Shown: positions 1 to 9,102, counted from the stretch's first letter. The stretch: DNA of 64,000 bases from Cyanobacteriota bacterium (GCA_033764955.1 JANRIL010000044.1:1-64000); one strand, 5' to 3'. A program made the numbers and translations. Notes: a model not told the origin generated them from the letters alone.

Positions 1-284
1 CTCTCAATAACAGCTACGCATGGGTAGGTATGGGGAGGGAGAGGTTGGGGTCGGAGAGGATCCCTAGTTTTCCCGTGAAAATACTCAATTCAGAAGTTGA
101 TTTTCTGCCAAAATATCTGTGGTTTATCGGAAATAAGATAGATTTTCTATTGCTGATGGGTAAGGGTATCTCTCGTAGATTCCTTTGTGGAAAATACGCG
201 AATCTCAGTTCTTATCATTGGCTTAGGATGATTCCTCAAAACCAGTGGGTGAAACTATAGGGAGGTAAAAATGAGGGGTGTTTC

Positions 285-527
285 ATGCCTCCAAAAATTC
301 AAACTCCTTGCCTGCTTTTGCTGGGTTTATTATTTATTGGGTTTGGGGATCAATTGTTGCCAAAGCCTCTCGATGATCTCAGCCTCAAAACCCGCTCACA
401 GATTACTTCCTTGGTCTTAACCGCCTTTCACCGAGGATTACAAGAACTCCCCAGAGATGAGCGAGCTGCCCATAGCCGCGAACAACTTAAACAGGTTCAA
501 TGTCAACTTGAGCAGATTTGCTCTTGA
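285..527 (+). CDS. Small hypothetical membrane-anchored protein (cyanobacterial type)
   Basis: 80 aa with an N-terminal hydrophobic stretch followed by [12 protein letters not shown]; its 3' end overlaps lipB convergently by 25 bp. Confidence 0.55.
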   Translation: MPPKIQTPCLLLLGLLFIGFGDQLLPKPLDDLSLKTRSQITSLVLTAFHRGLQELPRDERAAHSREQLKQVQCQLEQICS

Positions 528-1237
528 GGGATGGGATCCCTCCCATCTAACCAATCGGCCATTCCAACAAGATAAGGATCCAAGTCAAATTGCCGACAAA
601 ATGCCTGAACAATTAGGGATCCCACCCGCTCCATTTCAATATCTGGACAAAACTGAGCTAGGGATCCCGTTACCCGATCCGACAACCCACAGGCCACGAT
701 GCGCTGATAGGCGCTGAGATCGGGGCAGACATTGAGGGCAAAACCATGAAAGGTAATCCAGCGGGTGACACGGATCCCGATAGCCGCTACTTTCACCCCC
801 TCTAGCCACACCCCGGTCAAGCCCGCCTCACGTTCCCCCCTCAACCCTAAACCCCCTAAGACATCCAGCACAACCTCCTCCAGTTGCCGCAAATACCAGT
901 GGAGATCCTGGCGATGTCGCCGCAAGTTGAGAATCGGATAGCCCACCCACTGCCCTGGTCCATGATAGGTGACCTCTCCCCCCCGCTCCACCCGATAGAG
1001 AGAATATCCCTCCACTTGCTGGGGATCGAACTTGAGAAAGCGTGGATCGGATCCCTCCCCCAGCGTGTAGACAGGAGGATGGGTCAGCAACAGTAGCCCA
1101 TCGGGGAGGCTGGGATCCCGTTGCAGTCGGGCAACCCGTTGTTTTTGCCAAGCCCAAGCCCTGCCATACTCCGTCAACCCAGGCATTGCAATCTCCAGTC
1201 GTACCACTGCTGCTACTCCCGCTAGCCACTCCCCCAT
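503..1237 (-). CDS. lipB: Lipoyl(octanoyl) transferase
   Basis: Motifs [32 protein letters not shown] and the catalytic CG. Confidence 0.95.
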   Translation of the reverse strand: MGEWLAGVAAVVRLEIAMPGLTEYGRAWAWQKQRVARLQRDPSLPDGLLLLTHPPVYTLGEGSDPRFLKFDPQQVEGYSLYRVERGGEVTYHGPGQWVGYPILNLRRHRQDLHWYLRQLEEVVLDVLGGLGLRGEREAGLTGVWLEGVKVAAIGIRVTRWITFHGFALNVCPDLSAYQRIVACGLSDRVTGSLAQFCPDIEMERVGSLIVQAFCRQFDLDPYLVGMADWLDGRDPIPQEQICSS

Positions 1238-1246
1238 CTCTGGGTC

Positions 1247-2941
1247 TTAAAATTCATAAATCTGCCAGAGGGCTTGGGCGGTCATACCCAGCCCCATGAA
1301 GGTTACCAACAGGGCACTAGCCACGGGCAGAAAGCGCAAGGAAGGCAGACGAGTGGGCATCTGCTGAAAAAACGGCTGGGCATAGATCAAAACTAGCCCC
1401 ACCCCTGTTAGCACTGCCGCCAAGCCAAGACTAAAGGCTGTCACCAGCAGCAATCCCAAACCCACTTGATGGAGGGCAATCGCACTCAACATCACCACTA
1501 AAGCCGAGGGACAAGGCATCAACCCACCGGAGATGCCCAAACCCAAGAGACCAACCCAACTTAAGGGCGCTCCGTCAGAACTCGTTGGGAGATGGGAATG
1601 AGGCGTGCCCGCTCCGTGAGCATGGAGGTGCTGATGGTGGTGGTGGCTGCCGTGGCGGTGATCAGGGTGACCAGTTGCAAAGTGGTGTTGGGGATGGTGG
1701 TGGTAATGGTGATGGGGGATTTCATGCCAATGGGAATGCGAAGAAAGGGAAATATGGTCAGGGGAGGGATCCCCCAGAGAATCACTGATATCGTCAGGGA
1801 TCCCTCCGTGGAGATGGGAGTTAACCCCTTGGGAAGATAAGGCTGAGGATCGTCTCCAACGCTGACGGCATAGGCTAATGCCAATTATAATCACTAACAG
1901 GCCAGAGATTAAACTTAACCACGGAAACAATTGCTCTGTCAAGAACCAGCGGGATGTGCCCAGAGCTAACACCCCTAGTCCAATCACCCCCGCCATGTGG
2001 GTTACCGTTGTGGTTAACCCCAGCAATAGAGCATGGGCAGCCGTGCCACGGGATCCCACCAAATAAGCGGCCACCATACTTTTGCCGTGTCCCGGCGTGA
2101 GGGCATGAAAGCCCCCCCACAAAAAGGCAATTCCCAGTGCCACCAGCCATGCCGGCTGATCCGTTCCCGTCGTGATCAGGCGGGTAAAGGCATCTTCCTG
2201 TCGCCCCAGTAATCCCAGCGATCCCCCCTCCGCCAGGGATGCCGCGATCTCCCTCCTTCGCTCTGATCTCCCTGCTAGTTGAGAATTTTTTGTGTTGTCA
2301 ACCAACACCGATCCGGCTGGATAGAGGGTAAACTCGCCTGACCGTTGATCGAGGGGGCTGCTTAGCCGCTCTTGCGGATATGCCTGGAGACGTTGGCTGA
2401 GGCTTTCGGTCGGCAACTCGGAGCTAAACGGGATCCCCTCGGCCGCTGTCAGGGTAATTTCTCGCCAACCCAAGCGATGAGCATCACTCCTATCCACAAA
2501 CTGCATGGGGATAGATGCCGTCAACGGGGGAAGGGTGGCTCGCCATTGGCAGGTGAGGCGGAGGGTGAGCAAGTTGGCCACTCCTGGAGGAAAGGCGATT
2601 TGGCTGTCCATCAAGGTCAATGGCAGCTCCGTTGCGGCGGCCTGCAAGCTGAGGCTGGTCTGGATACTTCGACAGCGCTGGGCTGGATAGTCGAGAAATT
2701 CCTCTGGGTCAGGGGTGCGATTGTGATTGCCATCTAACCGATGAATCTCCTGAAAGGCCGGAATTTCTGCCATGTCTAGCACATAGTCAACCGTGAGATA
2801 GGAGGGATTGATCTCTAGCCCCGCGTAGTGGTTGACGGTAAAGTTGCCGAGGGGATGGGCACTCACGCCAGTTCCCGCCAGCAGGGTCAAAAGTAGAGCC
2901 ACCCAGATGGGGGTGAGCCGTCGCCGCATCAGTCGCAACAT
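1247..2941 (-). CDS. High-affinity Ni/Co transporter (NiCoT/RcnA-like) fused to an N-terminal exported domain
   Basis: Signal peptide then AHPLGNFTVNHY; membrane domain with HALTPGHGK, a long His-rich loop and GLMPCPSAL. Confidence 0.85.
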   Translation of the reverse strand: MLRLMRRRLTPIWVALLLTLLAGTGVSAHPLGNFTVNHYAGLEINPSYLTVDYVLDMAEIPAFQEIHRLDGNHNRTPDPEEFLDYPAQRCRSIQTSLSLQAAATELPLTLMDSQIAFPPGVANLLTLRLTCQWRATLPPLTASIPMQFVDRSDAHRLGWREITLTAAEGIPFSSELPTESLSQRLQAYPQERLSSPLDQRSGEFTLYPAGSVLVDNTKNSQLAGRSERRREIAASLAEGGSLGLLGRQEDAFTRLITTGTDQPAWLVALGIAFLWGGFHALTPGHGKSMVAAYLVGSRGTAAHALLLGLTTTVTHMAGVIGLGVLALGTSRWFLTEQLFPWLSLISGLLVIIIGISLCRQRWRRSSALSSQGVNSHLHGGIPDDISDSLGDPSPDHISLSSHSHWHEIPHHHYHHHPQHHFATGHPDHRHGSHHHHQHLHAHGAGTPHSHLPTSSDGAPLSWVGLLGLGISGGLMPCPSALVVMLSAIALHQVGLGLLLVTAFSLGLAAVLTGVGLVLIYAQPFFQQMPTRLPSLRFLPVASALLVTFMGLGMTAQALWQIYEF

Positions 2942-3027
2942 AAAAGGGGGTCTCCAACGAAGAGGAAAGGAGGGGAGAACATCCAGCCGTGGTCAGGTCA
3001 GCCACAAGCTCACAATGGGGATCCTCC

Positions 3028-4227
3028 TCACGCCGCCGCGGAGAAGAGAGCCTGGAGTTGCGATTTCAGTTGTTTTGCCGCCAGGGCATAGCCCCCATCG
3101 GCTCCATCCACAAAATGAACGTGATGACCATTGCGCTCAAACACCAGACAGGTCATGAGGGCGCGATCCGTGACATGCAGGCCATAGACAAGGGATCCTG
3201 CTTCATGCAGGCTATCCAGCTTTTGCTGTAACTGTTGCCGTTGCTGGGCATTGCCTTGGATGACCATACGTAGGGCATCATCAAACTTTTCGTAGTCGGT
3301 GGCTTGGCTAATTTCCTGGCGGTGGGATCCCCAGTCCATGTCGGCGGTTTTGATCCGCAGATTCATAAGCAGGTTGCCCAGACAATTGAGATGCTTGAGA
3401 TGCTGGCGATAGCGGGTTTGCTGAGAAGCCGCTTGACCGTAGGTTCTGACTTTGGTTTCCAGTTGCAGGCGCTGATCCTCAAAGGTGAGTTTGAGGGTGC
3501 TGGGGAGCACAGGTCGCCGTTGGTCACTATCGCCATAAATAGTTTCTAGGGTCAGCAAAACTTCTCGGTAAATGGAGGGATGCTGGCTGCTATCAGGGTG
3601 GGTTGCCATCACCAATAAACTGACGATTTCTCCCCGTTTCGCCGGAATATCTTGCCAGCGGCATTCCAAGCCGGAATAGTCCGCCGTCGCTGTCAGGGGG
3701 GTGTGGGCATCAGCAAAAAAACGATAGGCGCGCCCCGCCTCCGATTTGATCAACTGCTCAACATATTTCAACCCTCCCCCCATAAATATCGCCTGCTGAT
3801 AGCTGTTGGATACCTGCCACTTGGCGATGTTGAGGGCGTGTCCTGCTTCCTGAATCACCCCCACAGGCACAATTGCCGCCCGCAACTCAAAGTCAAATGC
3901 TCGTGCCGCCATCTGTTGGGTGGCCTGCAAGGTTTGACTGGCCGCCTGCCACAAATGGGGGGGAATCAAAACCGCCGCCCCATCCCCCCCAAACACAAAA
4001 GGCATCTGGTGATTGGGAATGAGGTTGAGGAGAGCCACGATCGTTGAGGCAGTAACCAAGTTGACTTCTTTGTAGCGTCCCTGCTCAATGGCACGGGTGG
4101 AACCCCGGATATCGGTGATGACCAGATGCCAGTCGGCGGGCACAGGGCTAAAGGGATCCGCCTCGGTGATGTCGAGCAAGCGATGGATGGGCTGGAGTCG
4201 CTGATAAAAGTCGGCAGAAGTAGTCAT
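3028..4227 (-). CDS. DUF3095 family protein (nucleotidyl-cyclase-like motifs)
   Basis: WHLVITDIRGSTRAI...YKEVN, FVFGGDGA, GLECRW, KFDDALRM, HVHFVDGADGGYALAA. Confidence 0.85.
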   Translation of the reverse strand: MTTSADFYQRLQPIHRLLDITEADPFSPVPADWHLVITDIRGSTRAIEQGRYKEVNLVTASTIVALLNLIPNHQMPFVFGGDGAAVLIPPHLWQAASQTLQATQQMAARAFDFELRAAIVPVGVIQEAGHALNIAKWQVSNSYQQAIFMGGGLKYVEQLIKSEAGRAYRFFADAHTPLTATADYSGLECRWQDIPAKRGEIVSLLVMATHPDSSQHPSIYREVLLTLETIYGDSDQRRPVLPSTLKLTFEDQRLQLETKVRTYGQAASQQTRYRQHLKHLNCLGNLLMNLRIKTADMDWGSHRQEISQATDYEKFDDALRMVIQGNAQQRQQLQQKLDSLHEAGSLVYGLHVTDRALMTCLVFERNGHHVHFVDGADGGYALAAKQLKSQLQALFSAAA

Positions 4228-4240
4228 CCGTTCCGCCTGC

Positions 4241-5608
4241 TTACGAAAGGAACCGTGGAAGGGAGCGGAGGGTTTGGCGAGCGAGTGCCGCTTGCTGGGG
4301 GTGAAAGTAAGGATTGAGGCGGAGGGCTTGTTGCAAAGCTCGCTGTGCCTCTGACTGATGGCCGAGATGCCAAGCGATCATACCGGCGTGAAACAACAAC
4401 CTAGCATCCTGGGTTCCGTAGCGACGAGCCTGCTGCATCACCCGCTCCGCCTCTGCCCAGTCTCCCCCCATGGCTAGTGCCCAAGCGTAGGTGTCATAGG
4501 CCAGAATATCCGGTCGATTGGTCAACTCTTGGTGAGCTATCTCTACCGCCTTCTCCAGATGAATGCCATGGTCGCTGTAGTAGCTGGCTAAGGCTCGATC
4601 ATAGATGCCCTGCACCGTACTCAAATGCCCTACCACCTCGATTAAGGCTTCTGTGGCTAAAGCTGCCTTTTCATCCCCCAGTGCCCGTTGGGCATCCGCC
4701 TGAATCCCCAGGGTTTCCACCAGTGGGCTCCCTTGGTTGGCCTGCTCCGCCACCCGCAACGCCTCCCGCCAGCGCTGCTGTCCGGCATAGAGCTTACTCA
4801 GCCCGATCAGGGATCCCATCGCCTGTGGATAAAGCTGGAGAGCCTCCTGGTAGCGCCGTTCGGCCTGGGCGGCCTGCCCTTGGGCAAAGGCCAAATCCCC
4901 AGCTCGTCCATGAAACCAGGCACGGGTTTCCGCCGGAACCGTATAAAAGCGATCCAGAGAATGCATGGCTTGCTCGATCAACGCCTGAGCCTGATCCAGG
5001 TGTCCAGTTAACTCCAGATAGTGCGCCCTGACCGCCTGATAGCCCGGTTGACCAAGGGGGGAGGGATCCCGCGGCGGATCCTGCAAAAGTTGCTGAGCGG
5101 CTTCGTAGTTACCCAATTCCATCTGAATTGAGGCCATCAGGGATCCCGTTTTGAGGGAGGATCCCGCCAGTTCCACCTCCCCTAGAGCCTCCCGAAAGCG
5201 ATGCTGGGAGAGGAGCGCCGAAGCCAAAAGCAGACGGCTGGCTTGATTACCCTGATCTTGCAGGGAGAGAGAACGGCGAGCTGCTGTTTCGGCGCGCCGC
5301 AGATCCTCCACATCCATGCGTTCCCGAAAGCGTTTTAGGTATTCGCCGGCCAACAGCCGTAACCCCAAAAAGCTGGGTTTCTCACGCGCCAACTGTTCGT
5401 AGGTGGTGATGGTTGCGGAGCGTTGCAGATAGTCAGGATAAACCGGAGCCATTGCCGGGATCCCCTGCACAGCCAAGACGGGCTGAGCCAACCCCAGCAC
5501 TAACCCCAGCAACACCGATAGCAGTGGAAAAAGGATCCCCATAGTTTTTGACAGAAGTGATGCCAATTCAGTGATGCCAATGATGGCAGGTGATGGCAAG
5601 TGATCCAA
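4241..5608 (-). CDS. Exported tetratricopeptide-repeat protein
   Basis: Signal-like hydrophobic N-terminus and Ala/Leu-rich TPR helices (e.g. LFHAGMIAWHLG...ALRLNPYF); true start may be downstream at MGILF. Confidence 0.85.
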   Translation of the reverse strand: MDHLPSPAIIGITELASLLSKTMGILFPLLSVLLGLVLGLAQPVLAVQGIPAMAPVYPDYLQRSATITTYEQLAREKPSFLGLRLLAGEYLKRFRERMDVEDLRRAETAARRSLSLQDQGNQASRLLLASALLSQHRFREALGEVELAGSSLKTGSLMASIQMELGNYEAAQQLLQDPPRDPSPLGQPGYQAVRAHYLELTGHLDQAQALIEQAMHSLDRFYTVPAETRAWFHGRAGDLAFAQGQAAQAERRYQEALQLYPQAMGSLIGLSKLYAGQQRWREALRVAEQANQGSPLVETLGIQADAQRALGDEKAALATEALIEVVGHLSTVQGIYDRALASYYSDHGIHLEKAVEIAHQELTNRPDILAYDTYAWALAMGGDWAEAERVMQQARRYGTQDARLLFHAGMIAWHLGHQSEAQRALQQALRLNPYFHPQQAALARQTLRSLPRFLS

Positions 5609-5654
5609 ACAGATGGCTCAGGCAGCGCTTTTGGACAGGTTGGACTGGCTCGAC

Positions 5655-6293
5655 CTAAATAGGACTGCCCAGGTAGGGAAAGGTATTGGTAGCTCCAATC
5701 GCCTCTGGACCCACATTATCTGTGGTCAACTCAGGGATCGCCCCCTCTGTCACCCCTGTTACCGCATCCCCAAAAACAACGGAAAGGGTCACATCAATCG
5801 GATCATCCGCTGGACGACGCCCACCAAAATTAGCCGGAGCCGCTCCCAAACTGGCTAATTCCGTTCCAAAATAAATCCCATCTTGCAGAGAAAGATCGGC
5901 TTCGATCACATCAGGAATCACCACCAAAATCACCGCATCTGCAATACTTTGGGGTCGCCCAATCGCATTGATAAAGTTGCGGATAAAGCTGGATTGAAAA
6001 GCCGTATCACCGGTGGGGGCGCTGCGGTTGCTGGCATCATGAGCACTGAAATCCATGAACAATTCATTGAGGGCGGGAACGGCCAACCGCTCTAATTGGG
6101 CATAGACCTGTGGGGGACTGACGGGAGGAATCGAGCTACTGCCACTGTCTCCACAGCCCGTGATGAATAACACTCCCACCAGCAAAACAACTGCTAAGCA
6201 TTGTTGACCATAGGATCGGAGCATCCGCCATTGGGATCCGATCGGCTGCTTCCCACGCATGACTTTTAATGACTGGGGCTTTAACATAATCAC
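5655..6293 (-). CDS. DUF4331-related lipoprotein (C-terminal-half-like)
   Basis: Lipobox LFITGC; QLERLAVPALNE, GGRRPADDPID, DNV...FPYLG motifs. Confidence 0.75.
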   Translation of the reverse strand: MIMLKPQSLKVMRGKQPIGSQWRMLRSYGQQCLAVVLLVGVLFITGCGDSGSSSIPPVSPPQVYAQLERLAVPALNELFMDFSAHDASNRSAPTGDTAFQSSFIRNFINAIGRPQSIADAVILVVIPDVIEADLSLQDGIYFGTELASLGAAPANFGGRRPADDPIDVTLSVVFGDAVTGVTEGAIPELTTDNVGPEAIGATNTFPYLGSPI

Positions 6294-6317
6294 AAACTCC
6301 TTTTTTACCCTTTTTGC

Positions 6318-7073
6318 TTAGATACTGGTGGTCATCCACACGCCAATTTGGGATCCCCCTAGAGCACTTCTCGGCAACTCAATCACAAAGGAATTGACAT
6401 TAAAGTCCGCTAACAAATCGGTAGCAACCCCTGGTGGATTGAAGGACAACACTTGGAAGGGTGGATCGGGGTTGGGCTGATTTAGGTAGTTGCGATCGGG
6501 GATAATTTCAAAGAAACGAGCCAGGTCAAAAAAGAAGGGATCCTTCCGCAGTCCAGCAAAAACCTGAATATCTCCCGGCAGTGTAAAAACCTCGTTGACA
6601 GGCCCTGTCCCCGCCAGAGAAATGAGGGTTGAGCTTACTCCCGTTTGATTGGGGGTGCCGGGGCCAAACACACTCACCGACTGATCGGGATCCGTTCCGT
6701 TAAACTGAAACTGAATCACCAAATCTTCGATGGTATCTCCGGTATTATCAATCTTGAACTGATACAAAATAGCCGGATCAAAAGGACGGGATCCCCCACG
6801 GGGAATTAGCGGATCAAAATCCATCGCTAAAACCACTCGATCGGGATCATCTGGACTTTCAAACACATAGAGATCGGTAAGATCAGCAGCAGGCAAATCA
6901 AATCCCAAAAAGGTTGTGTCTTGGTGATCGGAAGCATGAGCGGGTGAACTGACGCCTGCCCAGACCAGGATCAGACCGGCAAGCAGCAAACCAATGGGTC
7001 GAAATAACCCAGTGATAACGGTTGAGAAATGGCTTATCAACGGGTGGCAAGTTAAAGAATCGGATTGATTCAT
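6318..7073 (-). CDS. DUF4331 family exported protein (N-terminal-half-like)
   Basis: Signal peptide ending AHA-SDHQD; DLTDLYVF, YQFKIDN, VFAGLRKDPFFFD, NVNSFVIELP; GAGGAG SD upstream of ATG 7073. Confidence 0.8.
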   Translation of the reverse strand: MNQSDSLTCHPLISHFSTVITGLFRPIGLLLAGLILVWAGVSSPAHASDHQDTTFLGFDLPAADLTDLYVFESPDDPDRVVLAMDFDPLIPRGGSRPFDPAILYQFKIDNTGDTIEDLVIQFQFNGTDPDQSVSVFGPGTPNQTGVSSTLISLAGTGPVNEVFTLPGDIQVFAGLRKDPFFFDLARFFEIIPDRNYLNQPNPDPPFQVLSFNPPGVATDLLADFNVNSFVIELPRSALGGSQIGVWMTTSI

Positions 7074-7259
7074 ATCTCTCCTCAAGAGGGTAATGGAGCG
7101 CCAAAAAATCTAGACATTAACTGCTTAGCCTCAGATTGACAGTAACACGTTCTGAAAACCCCGAATTTCCTTCAATAAATATATGGAACCTGATCAACCA
7201 AACCGGTCGGGATAGGGATCCCTACTTTGAGTTGGCTGATCTCTATCTATGACCAAAAT

Positions 7260-7649
7260 CTATGACAAAACAGTCACTTTCCCAACCATACTGGGATGAA
7301 TATCACAAAAGTATTCTTGTACCCCAGCCGTAGTGAATTCCACAACTTTGCTTTCTCCCTTTTTGAGACGACCGGTGCCGGTAAAGGTCGCCCCATTAGT
7401 GGGTGTGGCCGTGTGGGGAGTAGAGTCTTGGTTGGTAAAGGTAACCCGGCCACCCTGCTTGACCACCACCTCAGGCGGCAAAAACTGAAAACCCTGGATC
7501 GTGACCGCTACCTCTGTGGCAGCCTCCTGAGGGGATCCCGACGATGCCACGGATCCCGACGACCCCAACCCTTTCAGCCAGACAATCACGCCAGCGTTGA
7601 CGGCTGTGGCCACACCGGACCATAGCAGGATGCGGCGAGAGATACTCAT
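7260..7649 (-). CDS. Cupredoxin (amicyanin/plastocyanin-like type-1 copper protein)
   Basis: FQFLPPEVVVKQG, PHTAT and YFCDIHPSM supply the His, Cys, His, Met ligands; SRRILL Tat-like N-terminus. Confidence 0.88.
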   Translation of the reverse strand: MSISRRILLWSGVATAVNAGVIVWLKGLGSSGSVASSGSPQEAATEVAVTIQGFQFLPPEVVVKQGGRVTFTNQDSTPHTATPTNGATFTGTGRLKKGESKVVEFTTAGVQEYFCDIHPSMVGKVTVLS

Positions 7650-7760
7650 AACAGCGAGGCTCCACAAGACTTGACCTGCAAACCATTTCAAGGATCCCCC
7701 CTTCCCTACTGAGCTAAGGGTAGTCAGACGGGAAGGAGGAGAACCATTCGGAGACCGTAT

Positions 7761-8417
7761 CTAGACTTTCAAAATCCAGGCATCGCGGGTATCCGAGCTA
7801 ACGAAAGCAGAAGGGACAACCGCAATCTGGGCATCTAGGCTGTGAAAGACGGCGCGGATTTTGGTGGCATGAGCCACTTCGTTAGGACCAATCGTGCTAG
7901 CCGCTGCCACCAAGTCTTTGTTAGAAAGCTGACTAAAGGCATCGTTGTAGGCCAAAGCCGCATCATACTCCAAAGCCAACGCTAGCTTGGCAATATTGGC
8001 ATCGGAGTCCAACCCTCCTTCTTTGGCATCTAAGTAGGTGGAGAGGTCATAGCTATCTCTAGCCGGAGCAGGGGTGCCCCCCAAACTTTTGACGGCTCCC
8101 GCCAAGACATCGCGGTGTTGCTCGTGATCTTTGAGGTTGCCCGTTGCCACCATCAGCACCGTTTTGCCGACATCGCTGGTAGACAGCTTGCCCGCCGCCG
8201 TTGTATAAGCCCAGATCGCCTGCTGCTCCAGATCGATAGCCGCGTTAAGAATGGCAATGTCAGCATTGTTGTCTTGGGCGGAGCTGGGGCGAGAGAGAGC
8301 TGTCAAGCCTAGCGCTCCTCCCACGCCTGCGAGTGCACCCGCTAGGAGGATGTGTCGCCGAGAAGACTGGGGAGCAACGTCCGCAATCCGTTGCGGCAGG
8401 GTTAGTTTTACCTTCAT
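7761..8417 (-). CDS. Tat-exported ferritin-like domain protein
   Basis: SSRRHILL twin-arginine signal; ILNAAIDLE, HEQH, LALE, EVAH carboxylate/His pattern. Confidence 0.85.
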   Translation of the reverse strand: MKVKLTLPQRIADVAPQSSRRHILLAGALAGVGGALGLTALSRPSSAQDNNADIAILNAAIDLEQQAIWAYTTAAGKLSTSDVGKTVLMVATGNLKDHEQHRDVLAGAVKSLGGTPAPARDSYDLSTYLDAKEGGLDSDANIAKLALALEYDAALAYNDAFSQLSNKDLVAAASTIGPNEVAHATKIRAVFHSLDAQIAVVPSAFVSSDTRDAWILKV

Positions 8418-8560
8418 CTCTAAAAATCTCCTAGAAAAAGTCTACGTCCAACCATTGAATCTCTGGAGGGCATCGGTTGAGAGCGGAGCCGTTCTGAGTC
8501 GTTATGGGTTTTATCCCTGTCTGGCTTAGCTCTATCGGTCAACCGACTTCCACAAGGAGA

Positions 8561-8586
8561 TACGCTTGCTCTTGGGGGATGGATCT
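8561..8586 (-). promoter_or_regulatory. Candidate ECF-sigma promoter for the ferritin/cupredoxin cluster
   Basis: Minus strand reads AGATCC-N16-CGTA, about 145 bp upstream of the ferritin-like ATG. Confidence 0.4.
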
Positions 8587-8750
8587 CTGGAGGAATCTCT
8601 GTCTGGGGGAGGAGCACCCAAGCGGCACCTGAGGCAGGGGGATGGGGGACAAAACCCTAGTAATCTTAACCAAGATCACAGGATTTGGCGGGTTGGCCGT
8701 GGGTGACTTGGGGATCCCTATGAAGATTTTCGATAATCCTTTTTTTTAGG

Positions 8751-8848
8751 AAATCCACAGCCTTTCCCCAGGTTTTCCACAGGTTGACCGCCCGTTTTCC
8801 ACAGATAGAACCCCGGCTCACCAACCTTTCATGCCCTTCTGTGGAAAA
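8751..8848. promoter_or_regulatory. Cluster of cyanobacterial-type DnaA boxes
   Basis: AAATCCACA 8751, CTTTCCCCA 8762, TTTTCCACA 8773 and 8795 (11-bp register); inverted TGTGGAAAA 8840. Confidence 0.7.
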
Positions 8849-9102
8849 CCCCAGCCCAGACTGTTTATGGCGATATATGTTGCGGAATGTAACAAAATCC
8901 TAGCGTTTTTTGCCATGATTCATCCCAAAAATGGTCGGATCTCTGCTCTCAAACCCTGACAAACGATTGACATCCCTGGAGGGGGTGAAGGCAAAATAAG
9001 CGAACCTTCTTCTCCTTCCTCTCTCGGTCTGTTGGAGTGGGGATTGGGGGATTGAGGATGGCGGGGATGGTCTGGTTCGGAGTTGTCTGCGGAGCAATGT
9101 TT

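Noticed and set aside
186..194. Single TGTGGAAAA DnaA box
   Set aside because: Isolated; one 9-mer in 64 kb can occur by chance
271..420. ATG with a strong GGAGG SD opening a ~49-codon frame
   Set aside because: The Cys-rich product looks random and overlaps the more plausible 285-527 ORF
1620..1740. GTG/ATG-rich low-complexity tract
   Set aside because: Explained by the His-rich loop of the Ni/Co transporter
8700..8900. Firm oriC call
   Set aside because: No dnaA or dnaN nearby, only a short AT run and no skew data; kept only as a DnaA-box cluster
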